Positions 9,429-20,170 of a DNA stretch of 64,000 nt are shown piece after piece (the stretch's first letter is position 1; each line of letters begins with the position of its first letter). The notes beneath the pieces are model-generated. The model searched no databases. It worked only from the letters and a program-made list of their open reading frames with translations, and was not told the DNA's origin. The stretch is from Candidatus Altimarinota bacterium (GTDB lineage: Bacteria > Patescibacteriota > Gracilibacteria > CAIRYL01). Both the position numbers and the translations under genes were made by a program. The stretch is taken from positions 256,001 to 320,000 of the forward strand of contig OZ252287.1 of the NCBI GenBank assembly GCA_965250085.1. The letters run 5' to 3'.

Positions 9429-11342
9429 TTATTCTCCTTTACCGTAATGATCCTCAATTATTCTATGAGACATTTCAACCAGTTCATCATAACCGCGTTT
9501 AGCTCTTGGATCTTCCCCCATATCTTTAATATGACGATCATCAAATCCAAGCAATTGTCCTTCTGTTTCTGAAACATCAGCTTTGCCGATATTGTGTTCT
9601 TGCTGAAAACTATGGATTGCAGTAGTAGGATCCCCATCATAAAAAACTATATGATTTGGTCTTTGTTCAGGATGTTGTTCAAAATATTTTTCCCAATACT
9701 CTCTTGCAGGAATTGTGTTCTGAGCTCGCTTCCAATTTGCACTAGCTGATCGTAATTGGCTTAGTGCAGCATCTTTCTTGGTGTCTCCAAAACCAATAGA
9801 ACCATTGTATTGATATTGATTTATGCCATCAACACTACTAAATAAATTACGTGTAATCCCCATAGCAGCTTCTTCAGAAAATCCAAGTTTCATAATTTCA
9901 CTTCTAAATACGTCAAAACAGGTTCTCTCTCTATCTTCTCTGTTAGTCCAATAATCGTTTCTTTTTGCATCATATTCTTTGTAGGCTTGAATGACTGGTG
10001 ATTCATCGGTCAAATTTTCTGCCCACTCAACAAAAGCCGCAATAAGTTTTTCATCTTCTACCATTACTCTTTTTTCTTCGCCATCGACAGTTTGTAGTTC
10101 AGAAGCATATTTTGATCCAGTTTCAGGATCTACAGGAGTATTTTCTGGTAGAAATACTATCCCAGCATCAACAGGAATACCAGAATTATCTAAAGTTGAA
10201 GGCCAAACAAATATATCGTTCCATTTAGTTTCACTTTGAGGTCTTGTAAAATCTTTTTCTGATCCATTGAAAGCGTAATCGTATTGTGAAGCTAAAACAT
10301 CAGAAGGGTACAGAAAGAAAACTTCGTTATTCCTTTCTCCGCCATAATAACCATCTGCTACAAGTTGAGCAGCAAAGTGAACAGCAGTTTTATCAGGATA
10401 ATTTGGTGCAGTTGCAAGAGAATGGTTTAGTTGAGCATTAAGTCTGGCTTTCGCCTCTTCTTCATTTTCAGCTTTTAGAGCCCAATCCTCAAGAAATCTT
10501 CTTACAGACACCTCATCTCTTGAACGTAATCCATCACGAACAGCCATAGGTGAACGAAGTATTTTTTTATCTTGCAATACGCCAACTAGTCCATCGTGAA
10601 ATTCTTCCAAACCACCTGAATGGTAAATCATAGCATTATGGTCGCGGAAACCTTGGCGTGTAACATGTGATAAATAATGAGGATTTAATCTGCGCCATAG
10701 TGCAATATATTCATCTGTAGTTAACCCAACAAGAATTTCTGGTCTTAATAATTCTCTTTTTTCTTCATTCGAAAGCGGAACAGTTTCCATTTTTTCATAA
10801 TATGCATCAAGTAGACTCCTAGGACTTGGGATTTCTGCTTGTTTTTGACTTAATTCTTCCAATTCACCTCTTATTCTTACTGCTTGAGTAGATAGTTCTG
10901 TTATTTCCACTTCTATTGAAGTAACTTCTTTTTGCAAGTTGACAGCAGCTTTGTCTCTTATTCTTAATAGCTTTTTTAGTCGTACAAATAAAGTTTCTAA
11001 TTTTTGTTCTAAGGCTAAGACTTTCTTTGCTTTAGATGTCTCTAGCAATGCTGCTGCTTGTTCCCTTCGCTTTAAATCTTCTTCCTTTTCTGTAATACTA
11101 GCTAATACAGCTTTTTGTCGTCTACGAGCTTCTGAAACTTCTGATTCGACTCTTTCTCCACCCTCTTGATCATATTTTTCCGAAATAGCACGAGGATCAA
11201 ATAACGTACGCTTGATCTGATCAAACGTTCTGTTAGCTACATCCATCAATTCAGGCATTGCACTACTTTCAAGTGCAGGCTCTTGCGATGAACCACTTTC
11301 TAGAGGAGTATCTTTTGCTTTTTGTTGTTCCTGATCATTCAT
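9429..11342 (-). CDS. Hypothetical protein: N-terminal coiled coil plus globular, possibly enzymatic domain
   Basis: 637-aa ORF; heptad-rich aa ~60-175; HVTRQG...AVHFA...YYGGE. Confidence 0.65.
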   Translation of the reverse strand: MNDQEQQKAKDTPLESGSSQEPALESSAMPELMDVANRTFDQIKRTLFDPRAISEKYDQEGGERVESEVSEARRRQKAVLASITEKEEDLKRREQAAALLETSKAKKVLALEQKLETLFVRLKKLLRIRDKAAVNLQKEVTSIEVEITELSTQAVRIRGELEELSQKQAEIPSPRSLLDAYYEKMETVPLSNEEKRELLRPEILVGLTTDEYIALWRRLNPHYLSHVTRQGFRDHNAMIYHSGGLEEFHDGLVGVLQDKKILRSPMAVRDGLRSRDEVSVRRFLEDWALKAENEEEAKARLNAQLNHSLATAPNYPDKTAVHFAAQLVADGYYGGERNNEVFFLYPSDVLASQYDYAFNGSEKDFTRPQSETKWNDIFVWPSTLDNSGIPVDAGIVFLPENTPVDPETGSKYASELQTVDGEEKRVMVEDEKLIAAFVEWAENLTDESPVIQAYKEYDAKRNDYWTNREDRERTCFDVFRSEIMKLGFSEEAAMGITRNLFSSVDGINQYQYNGSIGFGDTKKDAALSQLRSASANWKRAQNTIPAREYWEKYFEQHPEQRPNHIVFYDGDPTTAIHSFQQEHNIGKADVSETEGQLLGFDDRHIKDMGEDPRAKRGYDELVEMSHRIIEDHYGKGE

Positions 11343-11560
11343 TTTTGTTTGTTAAATCATACAATTATACCTTATTTAGGGAACATTTTCAATGATAGCA
11401 CGACTGTAATGTGTATTCCTTTAATCATTGTGCAAACTGCAATCGAGACAAGAACTGCTTATTCAAAAGAAGTTCACAGGTTCGATTAGCTTCCAGTAAG
11501 GAGCTCCAAGAGTATGAACCTGAGTGAAACGACGAAGTAAATACTTTGGTGGTTAATTTT

Positions 11561-11893
11561 TTATTCTTCAGTTTTTTTATCATTCTCTACAAGTTTTAAT
11601 ACTCCTGCTTTTGTAGCATCAGAAATCTCAGCAATATATATAAAAATTTCAAGACCTTGAGATCCTTCTCCTACGTCGAGCTCGATCTGATCTCCATCAA
11701 AAATATCAAATTCTCGATCAGGTTGCAGTCCAAAAACATATCGGCATCCATTTCTGACATTTTCTGCCAATTCTCCGATTCCACTATCTTCTATCATAAT
11801 TGCATACTCCTCAGATTCTCCAGAGGTATTGGTTATGGCAAATCTGTTTTTACCATCTTTTATTATAAGCGAAGGTTCAAAATCCTGTGACAT
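11561..11893 (-). CDS. Hypothetical protein
   Basis: 110-aa acidic ORF with an AT-rich upstream region. Confidence 0.55.
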   Translation of the reverse strand: MSQDFEPSLIIKDGKNRFAITNTSGESEEYAIMIEDSGIGELAENVRNGCRYVFGLQPDREFDIFDGDQIELDVGEGSQGLEIFIYIAEISDATKAGVLKLVENDKKTEE

Positions 11894-12076
11894 TTGAGTG
11901 TTTAAATAATTGTATATAACTTTATAGTATATTAGTCAATTTTGCAAATGGTTATAACATCAGCAAGAGAGATTATGACAGAAAAGTCATTTATAAGTAT
12001 AAAAACAATAACCTCTTGCATTTCTCTTAGGATTTTGAAAGAATTTCCCCGCTATTTTTTTAAAAAGAAAAATTGT

Positions 12077-12286
12077 ATGGCTATCTACGCAGTAAAGAAA
12101 AAAGATGAAACCAATGAGCGCCTTATCAAGCGTTTTAAGAAGCAATTTCAAAAAGCTCGTATTTTACAAGAAAAACGTGCCCGAAAGTACTGGTCCCAAA
12201 CACCAAAAAAGCGAGTTATTCGAAAAAAAGCCATTATGAGAGAGATGTATCGAGAAAAAAGAGCTCGAGAGCAATTCTATGCATAA
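12077..12286 (+). CDS. rpsU: 30S ribosomal protein S21
   Basis: ETNERLIKRFKKQ...EKRARKYW; start moved to ATG 12077. Confidence 0.8.
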   Translation: MAIYAVKKKDETNERLIKRFKKQFQKARILQEKRARKYWSQTPKKRVIRKKAIMREMYREKRAREQFYA

Positions 12287-12323
12287 ATTCAAACAGGTTC
12301 GTATATTTTGCTGAAATATTGGC

Positions 12324-13709
12324 TCAGTTGCTCTTTCGAACTGACTTGTGTTTTATCCTTCTGATAAAATTTCTTTTCTTCGATCCTTTCATCTCCATAA
12401 TAATTGGAGTTCCTGCAAAACCAAATGCATCACGAAGTCTGTTTTCGAGATACCTTTGAGAAGAAAAATGAAGCTTTTGTAAATGCCTCCCGTGAAATAT
12501 AAAGTGTGGAGGGAGTATTCCCACTTGGGATCCGTATTTAATTTTGGGAAATGTATTTTTGATACCAGCAAGTGGATGAAGTTGTTGCACTTCCGACAAA
12601 AAAGCATTGAGTTCTGCCGTAGAAACTCTCTTTTTTCGTTCTATAACTATTTGTTCTGAAAGGTCAAAAATCTTATAAATATTTTTTCGCTCCAAGGCCG
12701 AGAGAAATAAAACTGGTGCCCATGGAAGAAATGGAAGTTCTTTTTGAAGATGTGCGTGAAACATTTTTTGCTCTTCTTCTCCTTTTCCCTGAAGATCCCA
12801 TTTATTTATTCCCAATATAACTCCAGTTTTTGCTTCTATAACATGCTCTAAAATTCTTTTATCTTGATGAGTGACTCCTTCTTCAGCACTGATAAGAAAA
12901 AGAGTTATATCTGCCCTGTGCAATGCTACCAAGCTTCGCAACACAGAATATTCTTCTAATTCTTCTACAATTTTACTCTTTCGGCGAATACCAGCGGTAT
13001 CAATAAATCGAAATTTTCTCTTTTCCCACGCAACATCCATGTCTACCGAATCTCGTGTTGTTCCTGCTATTTCAGAAACAATAAGTTTCTCTGAATCGCT
13101 CAGTGCATTGATCAGTGATGACTTTCCAACGTTTGGTCTTCCCAGTACTGCAATAGAGAGCCTATCTTGTTCTGATTGAGCATCTTTTTGAAATCCCCTC
13201 TTCCAGAGGATATTTTCTACTTTATGTACCAACTTTGAAGTGCCAATTCCTTGAAGAGCTGAGATAAAAATCGGTGCATTCTCTCCAAGTCCAAGTGAAT
13301 ACAGATCTCCTTCATCAAGAATTGTAGATTTTCCTTCTTTCATGGTTCCGACAACAAGAATGGGCTTTGTGCCCGATCTTTTCCTCAAAAGCCTGGCAAC
13401 TTGATGATCAGCAGATGTGAGCTCGTTTTTTGTGGAAATACAAAACACGACCATGTCAGATTCTTGCAGAGCAATTTCTGCCTGTTTTTGAACATTTTCT
13501 TCTATTTCCCCTTCTCGTTTTCCAAATTCAAGTCCTCCGGTGTCCACAAAAAGCATGTCAATTTTCTCACCTTCATAAAGTCCACTTACCGGATCTCGAG
13601 TTGTTCCAGATATCGGGCTTTCTATAGCGATTCTTCTCCCTAAAATACGATTAAAGAGTGTGGATTTTCCAACATTTGGCCGACCAATAATTGCAACAAC
13701 TGCTGGCAT
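12324..13709 (-). CDS. der: Ribosome biogenesis GTPase Der
   Basis: Two GRPNVGKS G-domains, DTGG/DTAG, C-terminal KH-like domain ending FGFAGTPI. Confidence 0.95.
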   Translation of the reverse strand: MPAVVAIIGRPNVGKSTLFNRILGRRIAIESPISGTTRDPVSGLYEGEKIDMLFVDTGGLEFGKREGEIEENVQKQAEIALQESDMVVFCISTKNELTSADHQVARLLRKRSGTKPILVVGTMKEGKSTILDEGDLYSLGLGENAPIFISALQGIGTSKLVHKVENILWKRGFQKDAQSEQDRLSIAVLGRPNVGKSSLINALSDSEKLIVSEIAGTTRDSVDMDVAWEKRKFRFIDTAGIRRKSKIVEELEEYSVLRSLVALHRADITLFLISAEEGVTHQDKRILEHVIEAKTGVILGINKWDLQGKGEEEQKMFHAHLQKELPFLPWAPVLFLSALERKNIYKIFDLSEQIVIERKKRVSTAELNAFLSEVQQLHPLAGIKNTFPKIKYGSQVGILPPHFIFHGRHLQKLHFSSQRYLENRLRDAFGFAGTPIIMEMKGSKKRNFIRRIKHKSVRKSN

Positions 13710-13927
13710 AAAAAAAAGGAAATATCAAAGAAAGTATAGGGCATGAATCAGGAAGCGTGAAGCATGAAATATGTTTCAAAATCTACGGCTCATAATTTTT
13801 AATATATCAATTCTGAAATAATTGTTTTGCTGTTTCCTCTCTTCCTTTTTACAATATTTCGTCAAGAAAGAAGCATTGAAAAAAAACTTGTTTTCCGGTA
13901 AAATGATAGGATTTATAAATATTAAAA

Positions 13928-15532
13928 ATGCATATGCTTCACAAAGCAGGACTTGCTCTTTTCCTTCTTATTGCTACTCTCGGCATTGTTGTCGGTTTGA
14001 ACAATATAAGCAAAGGTGAGACTGGTCTTCTCAAAGGACAAATAACAACGGGTGATCTTACTTGCCCGCAATCGGTGTGTAATATCTGGCATGACGGATC
14101 TACCGATTCTACTTGTAAGGCGAAAAAATTTACAATTGCTAGTGGAGAGCGTTGCACGTACACAGGGTTTGTAGAGAATGCAGGACTTGTTTGGAAAACA
14201 GGTGACCCCAATCATTCAAATCCAGACAGAAGGGATGTCGCTACCCTCTCAATTATTGGAAATAACTGTACTGAGCAAACAATCGATTTCCCCGGATGTG
14301 GTCAGCAAGCACTGAGCATTACGTGTGATACCGGTGAGGTTGTCTTTGCCACTGATGATAGTTCTTTTGCTCAGATCAGTGAGTCGTGCATTCCGTATTC
14401 TGGAGGAGATGGAGATGGAGATGGAGACGGTGATCCTACCGATCCCTTGGCAATATCGATCCCTTCTCAAACTATTTCTCTGGGAGAAACTCCTCAGAAT
14501 ATTGTTATCTCCGGTGGAACTCCTGGATATGCTGTTATAAACATAACGGACAATGGAACGGGGCTTACTGCTGTATTTGATGGGAATAATACTCTCACAT
14601 TCTCTAATGCTACTACTGGGGTCGGTACCCTTCAGGGAACTGTAACTGACGCTGGTAGTCAATCGGTAAATTTTTCCATTCTTGTTTCAGAACAGGTTGA
14701 TTCTTTTTCTATAGATTCCTCTTGTGCCGAACAAACTGTGTTTGTTGGTGATACATGCGTACTGGTAGCCACAGCACCTCTTTCTGACGGAAGTACTCGA
14801 GATATTTCTGCTGAAGTCACTTGGCAAGGATTTGAAGGCATTGGAGAGGTTACTAATAATGTACTTGAAATAACAAAGAGAGATGCTGTACCTCGTACAA
14901 CAGCTGTTATTTCAGCAAGTAAGGAAACAGTAGCTTCAGATAATACTTTTAATATTTTTGTAGAAGAAAGAGTTCCCATTATCGAATCTGTAGAAACCCT
15001 TGGAAACTTTGGGGTTGAGCGGGCTACGACCGAAACACTCTATATCAGAGTATCGAGTGAGCAAGGTCAAGCCTCATTACAGGATGTTGAAGTATGGTTT
15101 GTAGAAGGCGCTTTTTCTTCTCCGGAAAGTATTCCTCAAAGTGCTCAAAGATTTGCAGTATCTGACTCAAGCGTTCCGCCAGATATTACTGAAGAAAGTA
15201 CCGTGCCTATTACGGTGTTGTTAAAACTTCCTATTTTTATTCCCGATTTCGCAGAAATGGATGATGGTCCATTTACTTTTCTCATAAACATCCATACGAG
15301 TTCTGGCAATGTAATATCTGCTGTAGAGCCAAGTTTTTTGGGAAGAGTGGCTTCAGGCGATGCCAATGGGGATGGAGATTTGACACTTGTCGATGCGATT
15401 CTCATTCTGAAGATGGCGAATCGTGAAATCGTTCCTACTTCGGCTCAACTTTTAGAAGTAGACTTTAACAAAGACTCGGTAGTGACTGTACTAGATGCTA
15501 TTTATGCACTTCGTCTTTATTTTAGCAGTTAA
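13928..15532 (+). CDS. Secreted/membrane-anchored Ig-like protein with C-terminal dockerin
   Basis: N-terminal hydrophobic helix, Cys-rich head, GDGDGD linker, GDANGDGDLTLVDA...DFNKDSVVTVLDA. Confidence 0.75.
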   Translation: MHMLHKAGLALFLLIATLGIVVGLNNISKGETGLLKGQITTGDLTCPQSVCNIWHDGSTDSTCKAKKFTIASGERCTYTGFVENAGLVWKTGDPNHSNPDRRDVATLSIIGNNCTEQTIDFPGCGQQALSITCDTGEVVFATDDSSFAQISESCIPYSGGDGDGDGDGDPTDPLAISIPSQTISLGETPQNIVISGGTPGYAVINITDNGTGLTAVFDGNNTLTFSNATTGVGTLQGTVTDAGSQSVNFSILVSEQVDSFSIDSSCAEQTVFVGDTCVLVATAPLSDGSTRDISAEVTWQGFEGIGEVTNNVLEITKRDAVPRTTAVISASKETVASDNTFNIFVEERVPIIESVETLGNFGVERATTETLYIRVSSEQGQASLQDVEVWFVEGAFSSPESIPQSAQRFAVSDSSVPPDITEESTVPITVLLKLPIFIPDFAEMDDGPFTFLINIHTSSGNVISAVEPSFLGRVASGDANGDGDLTLVDAILILKMANREIVPTSAQLLEVDFNKDSVVTVLDAIYALRLYFSS

Positions 15533-15543
15533 ATATTTTTTCT

Positions 15544-18500
15544 ATGAAAAAAGCTGTTTTTCTTTCAATGCTCTTACTCGGCGCCTTTGGGATTTACATC
15601 ATAAATCTTGAGGTAGATTTCTTTAATGCCATGCTCCAGTATCAAACAAAAATTACAGCTTCGCTTTTTGGTGGTGGCGATGAAGCAGCAAATGAAGTTC
15701 CGACAGATGTATATATTCCAGGTGATTTTGTGGCCATTGCAGGAGAAAATGGTGAAGTATCCCTCAGGAGCGCTGGAAATTGGGAAAATGTCCTTGGACT
15801 CTCTTTTTCTATTTCTTGGGATGCGAGCAAGGCAACCTTTACTGATGTGCTTACTCTTGGGACCGTCTTTGAATCAGAAGGGTTTTTTGTTGATAAAAAT
15901 GTAAATCAAAGTGAAGGAACACTCAATGTTGCTCTCGTAAAAGGAAGTAACGGTGTTCAGGTTCAAGAAAACAATGACCTTCTGAGCATTGGGTTTGCTC
16001 TTTCAGCAGATCTTATTGTAAATGATGTTGTTGATATAAGTATTCATACTGCAGAAATTGCCTATGAAGACACGGCAACCCAAACGCTTCTTTCTGAAAA
16101 TATTTCAAGTGAAGGAGGAGCTATCACTGTGCAAAATGTAAGTATTTCTGCTATGCCACTGGCTTTACCACAAGTCACTGCAACCATCAGTAGCAGTGCT
16201 CAGAAAGCAAACAGTGTTGCGCTCAAGGCACCTCAAGCACTCTCTGAAATTGTAGGAATGAGCTTTGTGATGGAATGGAATAAAAATGAAGCAACTTTTT
16301 TGAATGTTTCCCTTGATGGGACAGCCCTGGAAGGATCTAACTTCTTGGTAGAGCACTTTTTGGAAAACCCTGGAGTCTTGAGAGGAGCACTTGCCAGCAG
16401 TGGGAGTGGAGTAAATACTGAAAATAACCAATCACTCATAAATATAGCAGTGGAAATCTCAGATACACTTGCAGTTGGAAGTATTGTAGACTTTCTCTTT
16501 AGAGACGTTGAAGTGATTTTGAGTGATTTGAGTGTGCAAACACTTGAAAACCAATCGGTGTCGCTGACAGTAAGCACCAGAGGCACCTTGCAACTCCTGC
16601 AAACCAGAACTCTTTCTCCTACTTCTCTGGAACTTGAGTTTTCCGATTTTATACGTACTGCAAGTATTGGTGATGTAATTATTTCTCCAAACATTGTGAA
16701 TGCGAGTTCCACTCTTGTAAGAGATAATAAAAAGATAATTCTTGAAAATCTTGATCCCCAGACCTCGCAAAGACTTTATAGAGTCGATGTGTTGCCGACA
16801 CTTCGCAGCAATTCTGAAGGAACTATTGACCCTGAATTTTCCACTGGATTTATGAGTGGCTTCCCAAATGGAAGTTTTGACCCTTGGGACTTTTCTGTAG
16901 AAAGTGCACAAGTACTTTCTGGAGATACTGTCGAGGTTATGTTTTCTGAAAGTATTGCCGATGAAATCACTCCATTGAATGTTGATATGCTTTATGATGC
17001 AGATGGCGTAACTCGCAGATTGACGGTTGTGAACACGAAGACTCAAGGGAGAAAACTTACGCTTCACACTGCACTTCAAGACGAAGGAGAACAATATGTA
17101 TTTTTAGCTCGCAGAAATCAGTTTAAAAATATTTCTGAGACCCCTCTTAATAAGATGAATAATATTGCTTTTTTTGGATTTGAAGAAATGCTCCCACAGA
17201 TCACTTCGCTGACTCCAACAAGTGTCATGAATGATGTGGATACAGACGTAACGATCTCTGGCGTGTATCTCCCTCTCGATATCTCTGAAATTAAAGTAGG
17301 AGGCACTTCAGTAAACATTGTAGGATCTTCAACAAACACGGAGATCATATTTACCCTTCCTGCGCAATTTATAAGTGGCAGCCATGAAGTTCAAATATTT
17401 ACATTACATGGAGATATTATTACTGCATCTCAAAATCTTGTGGTTTCAGATCCTGCTTTGGCAATCCGGGTTCTCTCTAAAGAAAGCTATGCCAGTCCTG
17501 AACAAGTTGAGCCAAATCAAACGACAACACTTTGGACAGTTGTTGAAGATCCACGAGGGGTTTCTGATATCGAAAAGGTTACTGCTGATCTCAGAGAATT
17601 TGAAGGGTCTCCTACTGCAGAATTCACGCCTGACAAAATTGTAAACCTTCAGAGATGGTATTCACTTGATCTTACCATCCCCAGTAGTATCCGAATTAAA
17701 GAAGGTGTTCCCTATATCATTCCCGTTACAGCAGAAAATAAGAGTGGTGAAACTGCAAAAGGAACAGTATCTCTCTTCGTTGTGAGAGATGCTACCGGAA
17801 ACAACCCTCCAGAGATCATCAGTGCAGCATCCAGTAAACCAAATGTTGCTCCTGGATCGGATACCACTTTCCGATTCACTGTACAAGTACGAGACGCAGA
17901 CGGAGCGAATGATATTAGGCGGGTAGTAATAGATGCGACACAAATTGGTCTTCATCCTCTTTCTTTAACTCCTCTCGAAAGTGGTGATGGGGGACCGTTC
18001 CCAACCAAAATCTGTACTGAAAGTGATTATGTTCTTGGTGAATATGGTGAATGTGTGAATGGAGAACAAATTCGAAGTGTTCAGAAAAAGTCTGGTGTCG
18101 ACTGTCGAGACGATGCGATCATCCACGAGGCGCTTGAACGACGATCATGTACTACTGCTTTTCTTGAGAACTTTCAGAATATGCTCTTTTCAAAGGCATA
18201 CGCTCAAACAGTACCTGGAGTGAGTACTCGGTTTTTCCTTAGTGATGAACTTACCCTTCCGGTGGACGTCGTCCAAGGAACATATGACCTTCCCGTAATT
18301 GTTACTGACCGTCAGGGAAGTGAAGTTACTGGCATTCTTTCCTTTGCGGCAGTTCGTACGAGCGGTGGTGGTGGTGGTTCTCCTCGTATAGACGATAAAG
18401 ATATTACCTTCTCTCCGAGTAAAAGTATGAAACGTGACGGAAAAACAGTATATACCATTACTATAAAAGTTACTGATGCTAATGGAGGAGATAATGTAGA

Positions 18501-20112
18501 GAGCGTTGTAGCAGATCTTTCGCCCCTCAAGCTTCCTCCAACACCAATGGGAAAAGTAGCAACCGTGGGAGATACTGTTTTCTTTAGTACAGAGTTTGTC
18601 GTTCCCGAAACAGCATTCATTGGTTTTAATACTATGGAGTTTGTTGCTAGTGATGCACAAGGAAATACCACTTCAGAAAATGTAACCATTGAAGTTGTCA
18701 AAGCGAATGAAGATCCTAACGGTCGTGACCCAGAAGTGTATTCTGAAAGAGGCTATATGACTCCAAAATTTGCGATGAATGATGGACTTACTCGTTTTAG
18801 CACTTTTGTATTTGTACAAGACAGAGATGGATTCGATGACATTTCCCATGTGACATTGGAGCTCGGGAACATCGCTCATTTTTTCGGAAAAACATCATAT
18901 CAGTTTAATCCTTACGAGAATGTTAATGGAGAAGGTGAAGACGATAATCCTCCAAAAGTCTTTTCACTTATTCCTCAAGCAATTGCACAAGAGGAAAGCG
19001 AAAGTATTTCTGAAAAATGTGTCACGACTCCAACTCTTGTATGTATGTTTCCGTCGATAACCGAGGGAGATGCTGGACGATGGTGGTATGTTCCGGATCT
19101 TGTTATCCCTCCTACGACTCCTGTGCCTCCGAGTGGAGAACCATATTTGCTAAGAGTTGTGGCTACTGACCACTCTGGCAGATCTGGAGAAGGTATTGTA
19201 AAAATTGCTGTCACAGAGCCTAGATCATTTGTTTCTACTCAACACGAACCATTTCTTACCTCTGCTGTTGCTACCGATACACGTGAGGTACAAGCACTTT
19301 TTTCCACTCCAATAGAACGAAAAAAAATCGTCAGCAGTGCCTTTAAAATTGTTGGCAAAAACAATGTTCTCGAAGTACTTCCCATACAGGGAGTCAGTAT
19401 GTCTTCTGATGGAAAATCGGTAACCCTCAGGACAAATTTTATGCTTCCAGTGCCCTATACCCTTATTGTTGATACCGAAAAGCTGGGAGTAGAACGCATA
19501 AGCTTCAGTGGAGACAGAATAGATTTTGAAGGATATTCCCGAGAGATTGCAGAGAATGCAGATGAGCCCAGTGCGCTTGTCGCGAAATCGAGAAATGGGA
19601 ATACTGTGGAAATCTCTTTTGACAACCCTCTTCTTCCTTCTGAACTCCATGCTGCAGAATTCAAAGTATATGAAAGAGCCAATACCAATAAGTCCCTAGA
19701 AATAAAAAAAGTCTCTCTGGGATCAAATGGAACACTTGTGACTCTGCTTACTTCAGCTCAAAAAACAGGAATCGAATATACGGTTCATATCCAAAATGTA
19801 AAAAGTGTTTATAAAAAGGTTTTGAAGAGCAAAAAACTCAATTTCATCGGAAGTAAAATGAGTTCGGATCAATTTGTTCGTCTCTGGAATCAAGCAGATC
19901 TTGATCGAAATGGAAAAATTGATTTTTCCGACTTTACCCTCTTTTCAGCTGTATATGGCAGTGAGCAAGAAAACTCTCCTGGAGATCTCAATGGAGATGG
20001 ACTGATCAACTTTTCTGACTTCACAGCTTTTGCCGGACTGTATGGCACTTTGCCTCCCCCACCCCCAGTGTCAGAAAAAACTCAAGAATCTGGCAAAATT
20101 ATTGGAAGCTAG
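15544..20112 (+). CDS. Scaffoldin-like surface protein: two cohesin-like domains, Ig/IPT domains, C-terminal dockerin
   Basis: VLGLSFSISWD and IVGMSFVMEWN cohesin-like strands; PQITSLTP IPT; DLDRNGKIDFSDF / GDLNGDGLINFSDF. Confidence 0.7.
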   Translation: MKKAVFLSMLLLGAFGIYIINLEVDFFNAMLQYQTKITASLFGGGDEAANEVPTDVYIPGDFVAIAGENGEVSLRSAGNWENVLGLSFSISWDASKATFTDVLTLGTVFESEGFFVDKNVNQSEGTLNVALVKGSNGVQVQENNDLLSIGFALSADLIVNDVVDISIHTAEIAYEDTATQTLLSENISSEGGAITVQNVSISAMPLALPQVTATISSSAQKANSVALKAPQALSEIVGMSFVMEWNKNEATFLNVSLDGTALEGSNFLVEHFLENPGVLRGALASSGSGVNTENNQSLINIAVEISDTLAVGSIVDFLFRDVEVILSDLSVQTLENQSVSLTVSTRGTLQLLQTRTLSPTSLELEFSDFIRTASIGDVIISPNIVNASSTLVRDNKKIILENLDPQTSQRLYRVDVLPTLRSNSEGTIDPEFSTGFMSGFPNGSFDPWDFSVESAQVLSGDTVEVMFSESIADEITPLNVDMLYDADGVTRRLTVVNTKTQGRKLTLHTALQDEGEQYVFLARRNQFKNISETPLNKMNNIAFFGFEEMLPQITSLTPTSVMNDVDTDVTISGVYLPLDISEIKVGGTSVNIVGSSTNTEIIFTLPAQFISGSHEVQIFTLHGDIITASQNLVVSDPALAIRVLSKESYASPEQVEPNQTTTLWTVVEDPRGVSDIEKVTADLREFEGSPTAEFTPDKIVNLQRWYSLDLTIPSSIRIKEGVPYIIPVTAENKSGETAKGTVSLFVVRDATGNNPPEIISAASSKPNVAPGSDTTFRFTVQVRDADGANDIRRVVIDATQIGLHPLSLTPLESGDGGPFPTKICTESDYVLGEYGECVNGEQIRSVQKKSGVDCRDDAIIHEALERRSCTTAFLENFQNMLFSKAYAQTVPGVSTRFFLSDELTLPVDVVQGTYDLPVIVTDRQGSEVTGILSFAAVRTSGGGGGSPRIDDKDITFSPSKSMKRDGKTVYTITIKVTDANGGDNVESVVADLSPLKLPPTPMGKVATVGDTVFFSTEFVVPETAFIGFNTMEFVASDAQGNTTSENVTIEVVKANEDPNGRDPEVYSERGYMTPKFAMNDGLTRFSTFVFVQDRDGFDDISHVTLELGNIAHFFGKTSYQFNPYENVNGEGEDDNPPKVFSLIPQAIAQEESESISEKCVTTPTLVCMFPSITEGDAGRWWYVPDLVIPPTTPVPPSGEPYLLRVVATDHSGRSGEGIVKIAVTEPRSFVSTQHEPFLTSAVATDTREVQALFSTPIERKKIVSSAFKIVGKNNVLEVLPIQGVSMSSDGKSVTLRTNFMLPVPYTLIVDTEKLGVERISFSGDRIDFEGYSREIAENADEPSALVAKSRNGNTVEISFDNPLLPSELHAAEFKVYERANTNKSLEIKKVSLGSNGTLVTLLTSAQKTGIEYTVHIQNVKSVYKKVLKSKKLNFIGSKMSSDQFVRLWNQADLDRNGKIDFSDFTLFSAVYGSEQENSPGDLNGDGLINFSDFTAFAGLYGTLPPPPPVSEKTQESGKIIGS

Positions 20113-20170
20113 AAGCGTTGAAGCACAAGGAAAAAAGAGTGTCATCTTTCATTTAAAATTTATAATTTCC

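Larger units (their letters stand above)
6417..11500. mobile_element. Decayed integrative island at the tRNA-Gly 3' end (right border uncertain)
   Basis: Recombinase abutting tRNA, prim-pol remnant, SpoVG-like gene, AT-richer orphan cargo, all on the minus strand. Confidence 0.6.
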
